A DNA stretch of 64,000 bases, from positions 1 to 64,000 of the forward strand of contig OZ242326.1 in the NCBI GenBank assembly GCA_965208325.1, in the 5' to 3' direction. A model generated the notes under the pieces. The model ran no database searches. It worked only from the letters and a program-made list of their open reading frames with translations, and was not told where the DNA came from. The translations under genes were made by a program, and so were the position numbers. Positions 1-9,725 of the stretch are shown piece by piece; within the stretch, counting starts at the first letter, position 1; the number at the start of each line of letters is the position of its first letter. Source of the stretch: Candidatus Poribacteria bacterium. Lineage in GTDB: Bacteria > Poribacteria > WGA-4E > PCPOR2b.

Positions 1-1566
1 GCACAGATAAGCGTTAACATTATTGACCAGTGTGTGGCGCAGGGCGTCCCATTTAATAGGGAATATGATGGCCTGCTAGCAAACCGGTCCTTTGGCGGCG
101 CGCAAGTTTCTAGAACGTTCTATTGCCGCGGCCAAACGGGGCAACAACTGTTGCTCGGCGCATACGGCGCCTTAATGTGTCAGGTCAACGCGGGAAGGGT
201 ACAGGTTTTCCCGCGCCGCGAGATGTTAGACCTTGTCGTCATTGACGGGAAAGCCAGGGGGATTGCGGCGCGAAATCTCATTACCGGGGAAATTGAGTCC
301 CATGCGGGCGATGCGGTGGTGCTGGCAACTGGCGGTTACGTAAATTCTTACTATCTCTCTACGAACGCCGTGAATTCCAATGCAACCGCTATTTGGCGAT
401 GCCACAAGCGCGGCGCCGTGTTTGCCAACCCATGCTTTGTGCAGATTCACCCTACCTGTCTTCCTGTAACCGGCGATCATCAATCGAAGCTAACTGCGAT
501 GAGTGAAGGTCTTCGCAATGACGGCCGCGTATGGTTACCGAAAAAGAAGGGCGATAAACGCCGGCACGATGAAATTCCGGAGTCAGAAAGAGATTACTAC
601 CTCGAGCGGCAGTACCCTAGCTTCGGAAATCTAGTGCCTCGTGATATTGCGTCGAGAAGCGCGAAAGCGATGTGCGACGAGGGTTTAGGCATCGGCGAAA
701 CGGGTTTCGCCGTGTATCTCGATTTTGCCGATGCCATCAAGGAACGGGGAATAGGAAATATCAGGGAGAAATATGGTAACCTGTTTGATATGTATCACCG
801 AATTACGGGCGAAAACCCGTACGAGACGCCGATGCGCATCTATCCCGCTGCGCACTACCCGATGGGTGGGTTGTGGGTAGACTACAATTTAATGAGCACT
901 ATCCCCGGATTACACGTGTTAGGCGAGGCGAATTTCTCCGACCACGGCGCCAACCGGCTCGGCGCAAGTGCATTAATGCAGACACTAGGCGACGGGTACT
1001 TCATTGTACCTTCGACTATTGGCAATTATCTCGCAAGCTATGACCTTCCGCAAGTAACAACGGATCATCCCGCATTCAAGGAAGTCGGGTCGGAAGTTGA
1101 CGCCAGGATTAGAAAACTACATTCCATCAGAGGCAAAAAAACCGTAAGGGAATTTCATCGCGAACTCGGCCGCATTCTCTGGGACGACGTGGGCATATCG
1201 CGCAATGAAGCCGGGCTAAAACATGCGATAACAGCAGTTTCCAACCTGCGCGGCGAATTTTGGGAAAATGCCATGATTTCCGGGAGTGGAGAGACGTTAA
1301 ATAAGGACCTTGAGTTTGCCGGCAGGGTTGCGGATTATCTAGAATTAGGCGAGTTAATGGCGCGGGATGCCCTGCATCGGCAAGAGTCCTGCGGCGTTCA
1401 TTTCCGTGAAGAGAGCCAGACGGACGAGGGCGAAACTAAACGGGACGATGAGAAGTATTCTTACGTTGCGGCATGGGAATACGTACACGAGGATAGCGAT
1501 TCACTACTGCACAAAGAACCTCTGAACTTTGAGAATGTCGAATTAACCCAACGCAGCTATCGGTGA
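1..1566 (+). CDS. sdhA: Succinate dehydrogenase/fumarate reductase flavoprotein subunit, 5'-truncated by the window edge
   Basis: Frame is open from base 1 ([18 protein letters not shown]). Motifs [46 protein letters not shown]. Confidence 0.9.
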   Translation, partial: AQISVNIIDQCVAQGVPFNREYDGLLANRSFGGAQVSRTFYCRGQTGQQLLLGAYGALMCQVNAGRVQVFPRREMLDLVVIDGKARGIAARNLITGEIESHAGDAVVLATGGYVNSYYLSTNAVNSNATAIWRCHKRGAVFANPCFVQIHPTCLPVTGDHQSKLTAMSEGLRNDGRVWLPKKKGDKRRHDEIPESERDYYLERQYPSFGNLVPRDIASRSAKAMCDEGLGIGETGFAVYLDFADAIKERGIGNIREKYGNLFDMYHRITGENPYETPMRIYPAAHYPMGGLWVDYNLMSTIPGLHVLGEANFSDHGANRLGASALMQTLGDGYFIVPSTIGNYLASYDLPQVTTDHPAFKEVGSEVDARIRKLHSIRGKKTVREFHRELGRILWDDVGISRNEAGLKHAITAVSNLRGEFWENAMISGSGETLNKDLEFAGRVADYLELGELMARDALHRQESCGVHFREESQTDEGETKRDDEKYSYVAAWEYVHEDSDSLLHKEPLNFENVELTQRSYR

Positions 1567-1634
1567 AACCGATGAAATGGTATAACGCCGCAAAGGGTTA
1601 AAAATACGCGCGCATACACATATTCTAGGAGATT

Positions 1635-2807
1635 GTGATGAAGTCGGAATCCGTAAGGGTTGGCATAGTCGGGATGGGAAATGCGTCAAATTCCCATCTC
1701 CAAGGGTATATCAGTCATCCTCAAGCTGAAGTCATCGCTGTCTGCGATTTGGACGCGGTGAGAGCGGTGCAAATCGCATCACAACACCGCATTGGGAAGA
1801 TATTTACGTCATTTTCAGAGATGCTCGAAAGCGCCCCAATCAACAGTGTTGATATCGCAACCCCGACTTTTCTCCACGCTTCCATGACACGGCAAGCTTG
1901 CGCCGCCGGTATGCATGTTCACTGCGAAAAACCGTTCTGCCGCAGCGTGATGGAAGGGACGGAAGCCTGCGAAGCGGCGCACCGAAGGGGGGTAAAGCTG
2001 GTTGTGGGCGAAACGTATGTGTTTATTACATCACACATGAAAGCACGCGAGTTAGTTGAGGCTGGCGAAATCGGACGCCCTTTGCAGGTGCGCCAGCGTC
2101 ACGGCGCTTGGTTGAAGCGGAAAACGCTTGCGGCGCACATAGATTCCGAGGAACGCCACTGGCGCGCGGACGGAGAAAAATCCGGCGGCGGCGACTATCC
2201 GTGGATTTTCGATCATGCGGTACATTTCTTTGCGGCGGCTGAGTACCTGATGTTGGACCGCAAAATTTCCGAAGTCCATTCAGTTACGGGCACCTGCCGT
2301 ATCGACGCGAAACATCGCCATGGTCCGTATTCAAACCTGGAAGACGATATCCCCATCATCACATGGAAATATGACGATTCCGATTGTCAGGGCGTTTGGA
2401 TGCGGGCGGAGAGGTTAAACGGAAAATATGACTACATGAGCGGATTCAGCACGACGATAATCGGTGAGACAGGCATGATTGAGGTTTTGGGAGAAGGCGG
2501 CCGCAACCTCTTGTGGGATGGACAGCAGCAGCATCTTGTGCTCCACCGCGATGGTAGAGAGACACGCTGTTTTCGCTTTGACGAAGGCGGAGACGATGTG
2601 TGGAATTCGGAAATCTGTTATTACAGCCGGGGGCATATCAATCAGGTGCATCACTTCATTGACTGCGTCGTGCAGGACCGAGAGCCGCGATTTACGGGAG
2701 AAGACGGGGTGCATTCAGTGCGGTGCACGTTAGCAACGATTAGATCGGCTCGTGAAGGACGCCCTATTCGCGTGGACGAGATTGGACCGGAATACACGGC
2801 GTATTAA
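1635..2807 (+). CDS. Gfo/Idh/MocA family NAD(P)-dependent oxidoreductase
   Basis: N-terminal Rossmann motif VGIVGMG, CEKP motif, DHAVH catalytic region; AGGAGA RBS upstream. Confidence 0.9.
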   Translation: MMKSESVRVGIVGMGNASNSHLQGYISHPQAEVIAVCDLDAVRAVQIASQHRIGKIFTSFSEMLESAPINSVDIATPTFLHASMTRQACAAGMHVHCEKPFCRSVMEGTEACEAAHRRGVKLVVGETYVFITSHMKARELVEAGEIGRPLQVRQRHGAWLKRKTLAAHIDSEERHWRADGEKSGGGDYPWIFDHAVHFFAAAEYLMLDRKISEVHSVTGTCRIDAKHRHGPYSNLEDDIPIITWKYDDSDCQGVWMRAERLNGKYDYMSGFSTTIIGETGMIEVLGEGGRNLLWDGQQQHLVLHRDGRETRCFRFDEGGDDVWNSEICYYSRGHINQVHHFIDCVVQDREPRFTGEDGVHSVRCTLATIRSAREGRPIRVDEIGPEYTAY

Positions 2808-2899
2808 GACGTGTGCCATGCACGCAAATGAACAGCCGCCGCTGGTTTTAGCGCCTAGTTCTGATGGTCGGTCTTTCGAAAATCTATCTTGTGGTTTCT

Positions 2900-4888
2900 T
2901 CAGTCAGCCATGTTCGGTAAATCGTCCGCGATGCTTGAATTGATATTTCGCTTTTGGACGTTAATTGATTTCCAAAATTGTCTGCCGTAGACCTTGGTGT
3001 TTATGCGGGGATCAAGCACGACGAAAATCCCCGTGTCCGTTTTCGTTCGGATTAACCGGCCAAACCCCTGCTTAAATCGGATAATGGCTTCAGGCAGACT
3101 TAACTCCGAAAAGGGATTGCCGCCCATTGCTTCTACCCGATTATGTTTCGCCTCGACTAAGGGGTGTGTAGGGACTTCAAAGGGTAACTTAACGATTATC
3201 ACACAACTCAATGATTCTCCTTGCACATCAACACCCTCCCAAAAACTGGATGTTCCGAACAGAACAGAATTTAAGTTTTGCTTAAACTCCGTTAACATAG
3301 CACTACGTGAAATCCCCTCACCTTGTTTAATTACGGCGATTCCAAGCTGCTCCATGTAGGGCTGCACTTCCTGATAAACCTCCTCCATCATACGGTAGCT
3401 AGTAAATAGGACGAAGGCTTTGCCATGTGTGAGTTTAAGATAGCCCCCAATTTTCGATGCAGCGGCTTCCGTAAAATCGGGGGAATTTGGGTTTGGCATG
3501 TCAGTAGGACAATAATACTTGACCTGCTGTTGATATTTGAATGGTGAGCCAACAAGTAGAGACCGGCCTTGCGTAAGCCCCAACCGTTTCCGGTAGTGGT
3601 CGAAATTCTGGTTGGTTGAAAGCGTGGCGCTTGTCATGATGACGCATTTCTTTTTTTCGAATAGAATTTCTTTCAGTGTATCGCCGACGTTTAAAGGGTT
3701 TGCATGGAGCACGTTGCGAGAATGGTTTCCCTCTATCCAGTACACATGATCGCGGCGGCTATGGTCAAGCATCAACTCGAAATCGGAACGGATATCATCG
3801 CATCTATTTTTATGTGCAGAAATTTCTTGTTTGTCGTCTTCACTATCTGCAGCGTCGCTTAACGCTTTCAAGTGAGAACCTATTTTGGATAACGGTTCGC
3901 TCAATAGGTTTTCCACAAAATTAGTGGATTCGACCAAGCGCGTCGGCGAACCGCCAGTGAACTGCCTAATAGCCGCAAATTGACTATCGCACGCTCTCCA
4001 TGTATCGTCTACAAGTTCAGTCGGCGAATTTTTCCGAACAAAGAGTCCCTTGTTACGATTAGCGTTGTAAAGCGAATTTAGGAATCTTTCCACTCGGGTG
4101 TTGCTTAACTCTATCCCAAACTGTTTGGTTACCACCGTCTCAATGTGATGCGCCTCGTCAAGGATAAGGTAACTGTAGTTGGGCAGTATACCTTTTCCGC
4201 CCTTCATTTTGATCTCCAAATCTGTAAAAAGGAGATGGTGATTGGTAATAATGAGGTCAGCTTGAGCCGCTAGCTTTCTCATCTTGAAATAGAAGCAGCT
4301 CGAGTAAGTCGGACATTCTTTCCCTAGGCAATCATGTCTGTCCGAAGTAATCTCAAGCCAGATTGATGGTGACGGTTGGTGTTCAATCGATGCTTTGTTC
4401 CCGTCAGAAGTTTGGGAAGCCCATTCCTTAATTCGGCCTATTTCGTTAATGTCTGATTCTCGATCGAAAATTCCCCGCCCTTTTTCCATATGACGACGGA
4501 ATCGACGGATTGATAGGTAATTGCTGCGGCCTTCCGCCAGCGCGACTTTGAAGTCCTCGCCAATCACCTTTTTGAGAAACGGTATATCCTTGTAAATGAG
4601 CTGTTCCTGCAAGTTAATCGTATTAGTCGAGATTATTACCTTTTCGTCAGCGGCTAAAGCGTGTACTATTGCAGGTACAAGGTAGGCGAAACTCTTTCCG
4701 ACACCCGTTCCGGCTTCAACGATAAGATGCTCCTCTTGAGATAATGCGCTGACAACCGCTTCCGCCATCGTAAGTTGCTGGGGTCGATGTTCATAGTCTG
4801 TTAGATGATTGGCAATCGATCCGCCGGGACCGAGAATTTTTTTCACCTTCGCCGCTGCATCGGTCATTTTCATCGCCGTATTTGCCAT
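2900..4888 (-). CDS. dinG: DinG/YoaA-family ATP-dependent helicase
   Basis: Q motif EHRPQQ, Walker A EAGTGVGKS, DEAH, TSATL, FWEGVDV, QGFGRLIR; Cys cluster DCLGKECPTYSSC. Confidence 0.9.
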   Translation of the reverse strand: MANTAMKMTDAAAKVKKILGPGGSIANHLTDYEHRPQQLTMAEAVVSALSQEEHLIVEAGTGVGKSFAYLVPAIVHALAADEKVIISTNTINLQEQLIYKDIPFLKKVIGEDFKVALAEGRSNYLSIRRFRRHMEKGRGIFDRESDINEIGRIKEWASQTSDGNKASIEHQPSPSIWLEITSDRHDCLGKECPTYSSCFYFKMRKLAAQADLIITNHHLLFTDLEIKMKGGKGILPNYSYLILDEAHHIETVVTKQFGIELSNTRVERFLNSLYNANRNKGLFVRKNSPTELVDDTWRACDSQFAAIRQFTGGSPTRLVESTNFVENLLSEPLSKIGSHLKALSDAADSEDDKQEISAHKNRCDDIRSDFELMLDHSRRDHVYWIEGNHSRNVLHANPLNVGDTLKEILFEKKKCVIMTSATLSTNQNFDHYRKRLGLTQGRSLLVGSPFKYQQQVKYYCPTDMPNPNSPDFTEAAASKIGGYLKLTHGKAFVLFTSYRMMEEVYQEVQPYMEQLGIAVIKQGEGISRSAMLTEFKQNLNSVLFGTSSFWEGVDVQGESLSCVIIVKLPFEVPTHPLVEAKHNRVEAMGGNPFSELSLPEAIIRFKQGFGRLIRTKTDTGIFVVLDPRINTKVYGRQFWKSINVQKRNINSSIADDLPNMAD

Positions 4889-5110
4889 GGTAGAGGTTTT
4901 CGTTTCGCCTCAAGGGCGAGAATCAATTCGGTACGGCGTCATTCGCCGTTCAATGCCTAAACACCTCACGAGGTCTATTTCCAAATACATTTGGTGTTGA
5001 AGTGCAGCCGTGTTGCGCAGCCCTTATACCTATATGCGCACGTATGACCGTCTAAACATTGGGGGTAAGTAAATTTAACCCACCAATCGGCGAAAATTTG
5101 TAAATGTGAA

Positions 5111-5351
5111 TAGGGCGTGTTGACATTTCATGACAACTGAACAATCATGGGGGCAGTGCACAGCCCCGAGACGATTCGTAGGGGTTGGGTTACCCAACCC
5201 TCTTTTCTCAATCATATCTGTATGTTTAGGAGTTTGCCGCCAGCGGTTGATTTGTGGGCGGGGTGACCTAATAAACACTATCGCCCTCGCTATTCACTCG
5301 GTTGATCCCCTACGGTTACGGAGGGATTTACACAAATGTCAACACGCCCTA
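5111..5351. mobile_element. MITE (non-autonomous IS derivative) with perfect terminal inverted repeats
   Basis: TAGGGCGTGTTGACATTT (5111-5128) is the exact reverse complement of AAATGTCAACACGCCCTA (5334-5351). The outer TA could be a target-site duplication. No credible ORF inside. Confidence 0.8.
5178..5200 (+). repeat. GTAG-type REP palindrome
   Basis: GTAG followed by the hairpin GGGTTGGGT-T-ACCCAACCC. Confidence 0.7.
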
Positions 5352-5879
5352 GCCTTTTCAAAACTTTCATAGGATAAATTTTGCAGTGAACTCATGCCAA
5401 ACCTAAAATTTTAAAACTATACACATAAACACTTAATATGTTACAAGTAAAAACGTTAAATGTCAACTTTTAATTCAAGAGTTGGGGTTGTAAAAAAGTG
5501 TCAGTTGGAAAAAGCTGCGGAGCGCGTTGCGCGCGGCGTACGGATTGGTGGAATATTTTAGGATGGATTTCCGATTCTCGACAGTAGGTTTGGTTGCCTT
5601 AATTGTGAAATTTGTGATTGAATGATGGACTATGATTAATAATACGGGTTGTCATCCGGCGTTGACAAGCTCTTGTCGGTTGGGTTGAGCGATCAACGGA
5701 AAATTTGCCGCAATTCAGAAACCACCCGTAAAGGAGGTTCAATTTTTTGGGTCGAGTTAAGCGGCGTTGAATGAAAAAAGAATTTCGCTGACTTTCACAG
5801 AACGATGAGAAAAAATCAACAGCCAATCAAGCTCCGAATCCTTAGTTTTGCTCACTTGACTTCGCATTGGGAGGATTCT

Positions 5880-5908
5880 ATTTTACTGAGGGTTTTAGGG
5901 AATGTCAA
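5880..5908 (-). promoter_or_regulatory. Sigma70-type promoter, leftward
   Basis: TTGACA-17 bp-TAAAAT on the minus strand. Confidence 0.55.
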
Positions 5909-5931
5909 GGGAAAGTGCCGGCAAATAATCC

Positions 5932-5960
5932 TTGATTTCCGCGTGGTTGCTAGTTACAAT
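5932..5960 (+). promoter_or_regulatory. Sigma70-type promoter of the GH36 gene
   Basis: TTGATT-17 bp-TACAAT about 30 bp upstream of the ORF. Confidence 0.5.
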
Positions 5961-5992
5961 AAGGTCAAAATTACAGTTGAAAGGTGTTGTGT

Positions 5993-8410
5993 ATGAGACA
6001 AGCGGTTTACGACTCGATTGTTGAGCGGCAAGGCAACTTGGTCGTGATGAAAAGTAAGTTATTTCAGATTAGATATGACCTTTCAAAAGGCACTTGGGAC
6101 TATTTGAATCAGGCAGGACAAGCTGTCATTCGGAACGCGTATACTAAGGTAATCCTAGAAGACGGCACAGTTTTTACCACGCTAGATGCAGAATCCCGCG
6201 ACTTCGTAACCCACCCCATTGCTGAAGACGACTTCGGCATTTACCATCCAATATCGTTTTCCCATCAACCCGAAAACCGAGATGTTCGAACTCATGTTTA
6301 CTTGAACTGCTATAATAGGAAACCTTTTATTGTATTACATGCCGAAGTTGAAAATTTGAGCGGCAAGCTGATTGCGATTAACCGAATCATGGTCATCGGC
6401 GTCTCCTCGCCCGGGGACAAAGCACACAACGGCGCGGCAGGCGGTGTCTACTTGGGAGGAGATCCATCCGGTTATTGTCTCTTCTTAGATACGAAAAGGA
6501 CGTCGGAGCAATCGCTCAAAACCGTTCATGACGGTTTTAGTATCAACAACCAGCAATCCGCCGAGCTATTCTATAACGGCGCATTGTATGACACAGACAG
6601 CAAACAATCGCTCGTTTTCGGGTTTCTACATTCCCAAAAATGGAGTTCTGCGGTGCAGGTTGGATATAATTCACAAACGCAGCCGAATAGAGGAGAAAAT
6701 CGGGGTATTAATCTCTGGTCTCTGTACCACACATGCGAAAGTTTTGCTTGTTCACAGGGTGAAGTAATAAAGTCGGAACCCGCCTACCTCAATTTTTCGA
6801 GCGAAGTTACCGAATCGTATCGACTCTATGTCCAAATGCTTGCCAAACGTATGAACGCCAAGAAACTCGATCGAGTTTATTCGGGTTGGAGTGTGAATGC
6901 CGACAGCAATAATCCGTCTATTACGGCGAAGCGAATAAGCGAGCAGGTCAATCAGCTCACGCAGAACGAATTGTTCTATCCGCCGTCGGAAGGCGGAATG
7001 GAGTATATCTTAATCGAAGACGGATGGCAGCAAACAGTCGGCAATCTGAACCCAAACTCTCACAACTTTCCCAATGGGATGAAGCCGGTGGTTGAACAGA
7101 TTCATGCGAAGGGGTTAAAAGCCGGTATCCGGCTGGCGCCATTTAGTGTCAACCTTGATGCAGATTTAATGTCGGCACACCCGGAGTACTTTCTACACAG
7201 CAGTCGAAATAAACCGGCACGGGTAGCCTTGCCCGAATCGGGAACAGAGGTGGCGATGCTTGATGTATCGCATCCGGGTGCACAAACGTACATTCGAACT
7301 CGACTTCAAAAGGTTGTTGATGAGTGGGGATTTGACCTGGTTAAGGTGGATTTATCAGATTATGCCGCAGGACCTTTGTCTGAGCCGGAGAATTTTATCT
7401 GGAAAGATAAATCGCTTACTGCTGTAGAACTCTACCGTATTGGGGTTCAATTTCTCAATCAGGTTTTTGACGAGACTACCCAGCGCGTGGTTCTCGCGGG
7501 CGGGGATGTGTGTAATCCGTTGAGCATCGGCGGATTCCAAGTTTACTCCGTGCTCTCGGACTATCGGGGATATATTGGTACAGAACCTTGGAACCATAAA
7601 GCCGGGGTTAAACAGCTTGTCAGCGCTTATGCGGCTAATCTGCCAATGCACGGCATCGCTTGGACCGGCGAGCTTGGCGCGGTAGCTATTGATGAGCCAA
7701 TCCCATTAAATGAAGCACTCGCCACAATAACGGCAGCGGGTTTGAGCGGCGGTATTGTCACTTGGGGTAATGATTTTACAAAGCTTGAACCAGCGCGAGC
7801 CGAGTTGCTCGCAAGGGTGTTTCCGTTGAGCGGCCAGGCTGCAACGCCGGTAGATTTGTATGAAAACAGTCTCCCGCGTATTTGGAATTTGCGGGTAAAT
7901 GCGTCGTATGATTCTTGGAATGTCGTTGGAGTGTTCAATTGGAGCGACAATGTGGACGAAATCTATTTTCCTTTAGATTCGCTCGGTTTGGATGGGTCTA
8001 AATACTATATCATTCATGATTTCTGGGGTCGCGAATATCTGGGCACGGCTCGAGGCAGCGTCACTTTGCTGGATCTGCCGCCTCGGTCGGTCAAGCTGTT
8101 GGCGATTCGCGCCGAGCAGACATCGCCGCAACTGATCGCCACGGATATCCATTTTACGCAAGGTTTAGTAGAAATTGCGTCGGCTGGTTGGGATGAACGG
8201 AGCCATAGTTTTTTAGCCGTTTGCAAGCCGCCCAGACATAGTAAAGGGACGATTTTTATTCATGTTCCGGAAGAGTATGTTCCCGTCACGACAGCGTGTT
8301 ACGGTTCCGAGTACCACTTTCTTTGGAACAAACCAATGTACACGCTCGAGTTCAGTCCTACATCAGATTTCGTACACGTTAGTGTTCAGTTTGCGAAGGT
8401 GTCGGGATAG
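5993..8410 (+). CDS. Glycoside hydrolase, GH36-like (alpha-galactosidase/melibiase family); start uncertain
   Basis: ILIEDGWQ, FPNGMKPVVEQIHAKGLKAGI, LDVSHPGAQ, GFDLVKVD (nucleophile), C-terminal VGVFNW..HDFW beta domain. Confidence 0.8.
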   Translation: MRQAVYDSIVERQGNLVVMKSKLFQIRYDLSKGTWDYLNQAGQAVIRNAYTKVILEDGTVFTTLDAESRDFVTHPIAEDDFGIYHPISFSHQPENRDVRTHVYLNCYNRKPFIVLHAEVENLSGKLIAINRIMVIGVSSPGDKAHNGAAGGVYLGGDPSGYCLFLDTKRTSEQSLKTVHDGFSINNQQSAELFYNGALYDTDSKQSLVFGFLHSQKWSSAVQVGYNSQTQPNRGENRGINLWSLYHTCESFACSQGEVIKSEPAYLNFSSEVTESYRLYVQMLAKRMNAKKLDRVYSGWSVNADSNNPSITAKRISEQVNQLTQNELFYPPSEGGMEYILIEDGWQQTVGNLNPNSHNFPNGMKPVVEQIHAKGLKAGIRLAPFSVNLDADLMSAHPEYFLHSSRNKPARVALPESGTEVAMLDVSHPGAQTYIRTRLQKVVDEWGFDLVKVDLSDYAAGPLSEPENFIWKDKSLTAVELYRIGVQFLNQVFDETTQRVVLAGGDVCNPLSIGGFQVYSVLSDYRGYIGTEPWNHKAGVKQLVSAYAANLPMHGIAWTGELGAVAIDEPIPLNEALATITAAGLSGGIVTWGNDFTKLEPARAELLARVFPLSGQAATPVDLYENSLPRIWNLRVNASYDSWNVVGVFNWSDNVDEIYFPLDSLGLDGSKYYIIHDFWGREYLGTARGSVTLLDLPPRSVKLLAIRAEQTSPQLIATDIHFTQGLVEIASAGWDERSHSFLAVCKPPRHSKGTIFIHVPEEYVPVTTACYGSEYHFLWNKPMYTLEFSPTSDFVHVSVQFAKVSG

Positions 8411-8741
8411 GACGGTGATGTGTGATTGGCAATACGAAATTGGCAGGAAAGAGCACGGCAGCGGCACAATGTTTCACCATGAGATTTTGATAATTCGCGG
8501 TGACGCATAAAATGAAACCCGTGGAACCCAAGACCGCGTTCGGTAATACGGTGTGATTGACAGTCTTGGTAGCTCTATGTCCGAGGGATTTCGTTCACAA
8601 CTAATTGAGGAGGGGAGTCACTGGCTGAAGCGATTAATGTAATTCACTTTGAACCATGAAGTCAAGAACCCTCAAAGTCCCCGAGGTTTTCAAAGTCATA
8701 TCTCTTAGATTGAACCAGAAAAAGAGAAGGAGGAATTTCAA

Positions 8742-8975
8742 ATGATTCGCGCAGAAACACCAGTGGAAAACGCGCTAGATGGGCTTTACGCTCAAATGCA
8801 ATCGTTCGAGTCTCTTATGAATGAGCATCAACAAGTAGATTGGCATGGTGTGATTGGAAGTTTGGAGTTTTTCATTAAACATCTGAACGTTTACAATACC
8901 TATCAAAATATACCATTGGATCTTGAAATGTATACCGCCTATGACAAAAAGGAGTATAAAAATGGAGTGGCTTGA
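8742..8975 (+). CDS. Small hypothetical protein (77 aa)
   Basis: Strong AAGGAGG RBS before the ATG; overlaps the start of the next ORF, suggesting translational coupling. Confidence 0.5.
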   Translation: MIRAETPVENALDGLYAQMQSFESLMNEHQQVDWHGVIGSLEFFIKHLNVYNTYQNIPLDLEMYTAYDKKEYKNGVA

Positions 8976-9225
8976 GGCTATTAGACCATGGATTGTTCCC
9001 GTAATCGCTATTATCGGTATCGTGTTGGCTTTTACCGGCAAACTATATTCGTTATTGTTTGGCCCATTTAAGGCATCAATAAAGGAACTTCGAGGTGACA
9101 TTGAGAATATCCATGCTGAAATTAAAGAATTCCGCACCGAGATTAAATCTGACCATGATAAACTAGAGGCGGCGTTTACGAAGCACCTCATTGAGTTACA
9201 TGGGCGTCCTGAAGGAGTAGACTGA
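8962..9225 (+). CDS. Small membrane-anchored coiled-coil protein (87 aa)
   Basis: AAGGAG RBS, ATG at 8962; hydrophobic WIVPVIAIIGIVLAF, heptad region IKELRGDIENIHAEIKEFRTEIK, C-terminal KHLIELH. Confidence 0.7.
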   Translation: MEWLEAIRPWIVPVIAIIGIVLAFTGKLYSLLFGPFKASIKELRGDIENIHAEIKEFRTEIKSDHDKLEAAFTKHLIELHGRPEGVD

Positions 9226-9254
9226 AAGACAAATTAAACCGCCGATGCTCTCTG

Positions 9255-9626
9255 TTATCCGCGGACTGCGCCCCAGATTAGGCACATCCAACCAATAATC
9301 AAAACAAGCCCGCCAATAGGCGTAATTGCTCCAAGCCAGCGAATCCCAGTCAAGCTCAGGATATATAGGCTACCCGAAAAAATGCAGGTGCCGACGACAA
9401 ATGACCATCCCGCAATGTGGATGAGTTGACCGCTCCACTGTGAGATAGCCCATGCCACTGCGAGCAGTCCTATCGCATGGTACATCTGATAACGGACAGC
9501 GACCTCAAAAGTCTCCAGCATTCCGCCCGAGATCCTTTCCTTTAGCGCATGCGCACCGAATGCACCGGCAATGACGCCAACCAACGCAAAACTAGAACCG
9601 AGTATGAAAAAACAGCGTTGCATCAT
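9255..9626 (-). CDS. DUF423 (YgdD/TMEM256) membrane protein
   Basis: GAFGAHAL, YQMYHA, FSGSLY, GAITPIGG motifs. Confidence 0.92.
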   Translation of the reverse strand: MMQRCFFILGSSFALVGVIAGAFGAHALKERISGGMLETFEVAVRYQMYHAIGLLAVAWAISQWSGQLIHIAGWSFVVGTCIFSGSLYILSLTGIRWLGAITPIGGLVLIIGWMCLIWGAVRG

Positions 9627-9725
9627 TTACCTCGTAGAATTATAGAAAACGATTTTTATTGTCGTGAACCATACTTTGCGAGAAATGCGAAGGACAAAAA
9701 TGCTTGCCCAATTTCGGCCGCGTTT

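Noticed and set aside
2900..4888. Type IV CRISPR-associated or defence DinG
   Set aside because: No csf/cas genes or array nearby, and it looks like an ordinary DinG/YoaA. Ser in place of the first Fe-S Cys (NYLSIRR) is not enough to claim a new function.
8600..8700. IS200/IS605 end or omega-RNA remnant (GGGGAGTCAC, GTCAAGAACCC)
   Set aside because: Resemblance is limited to a few bases and no tnpA, tnpB or iscB fragment is adjacent.
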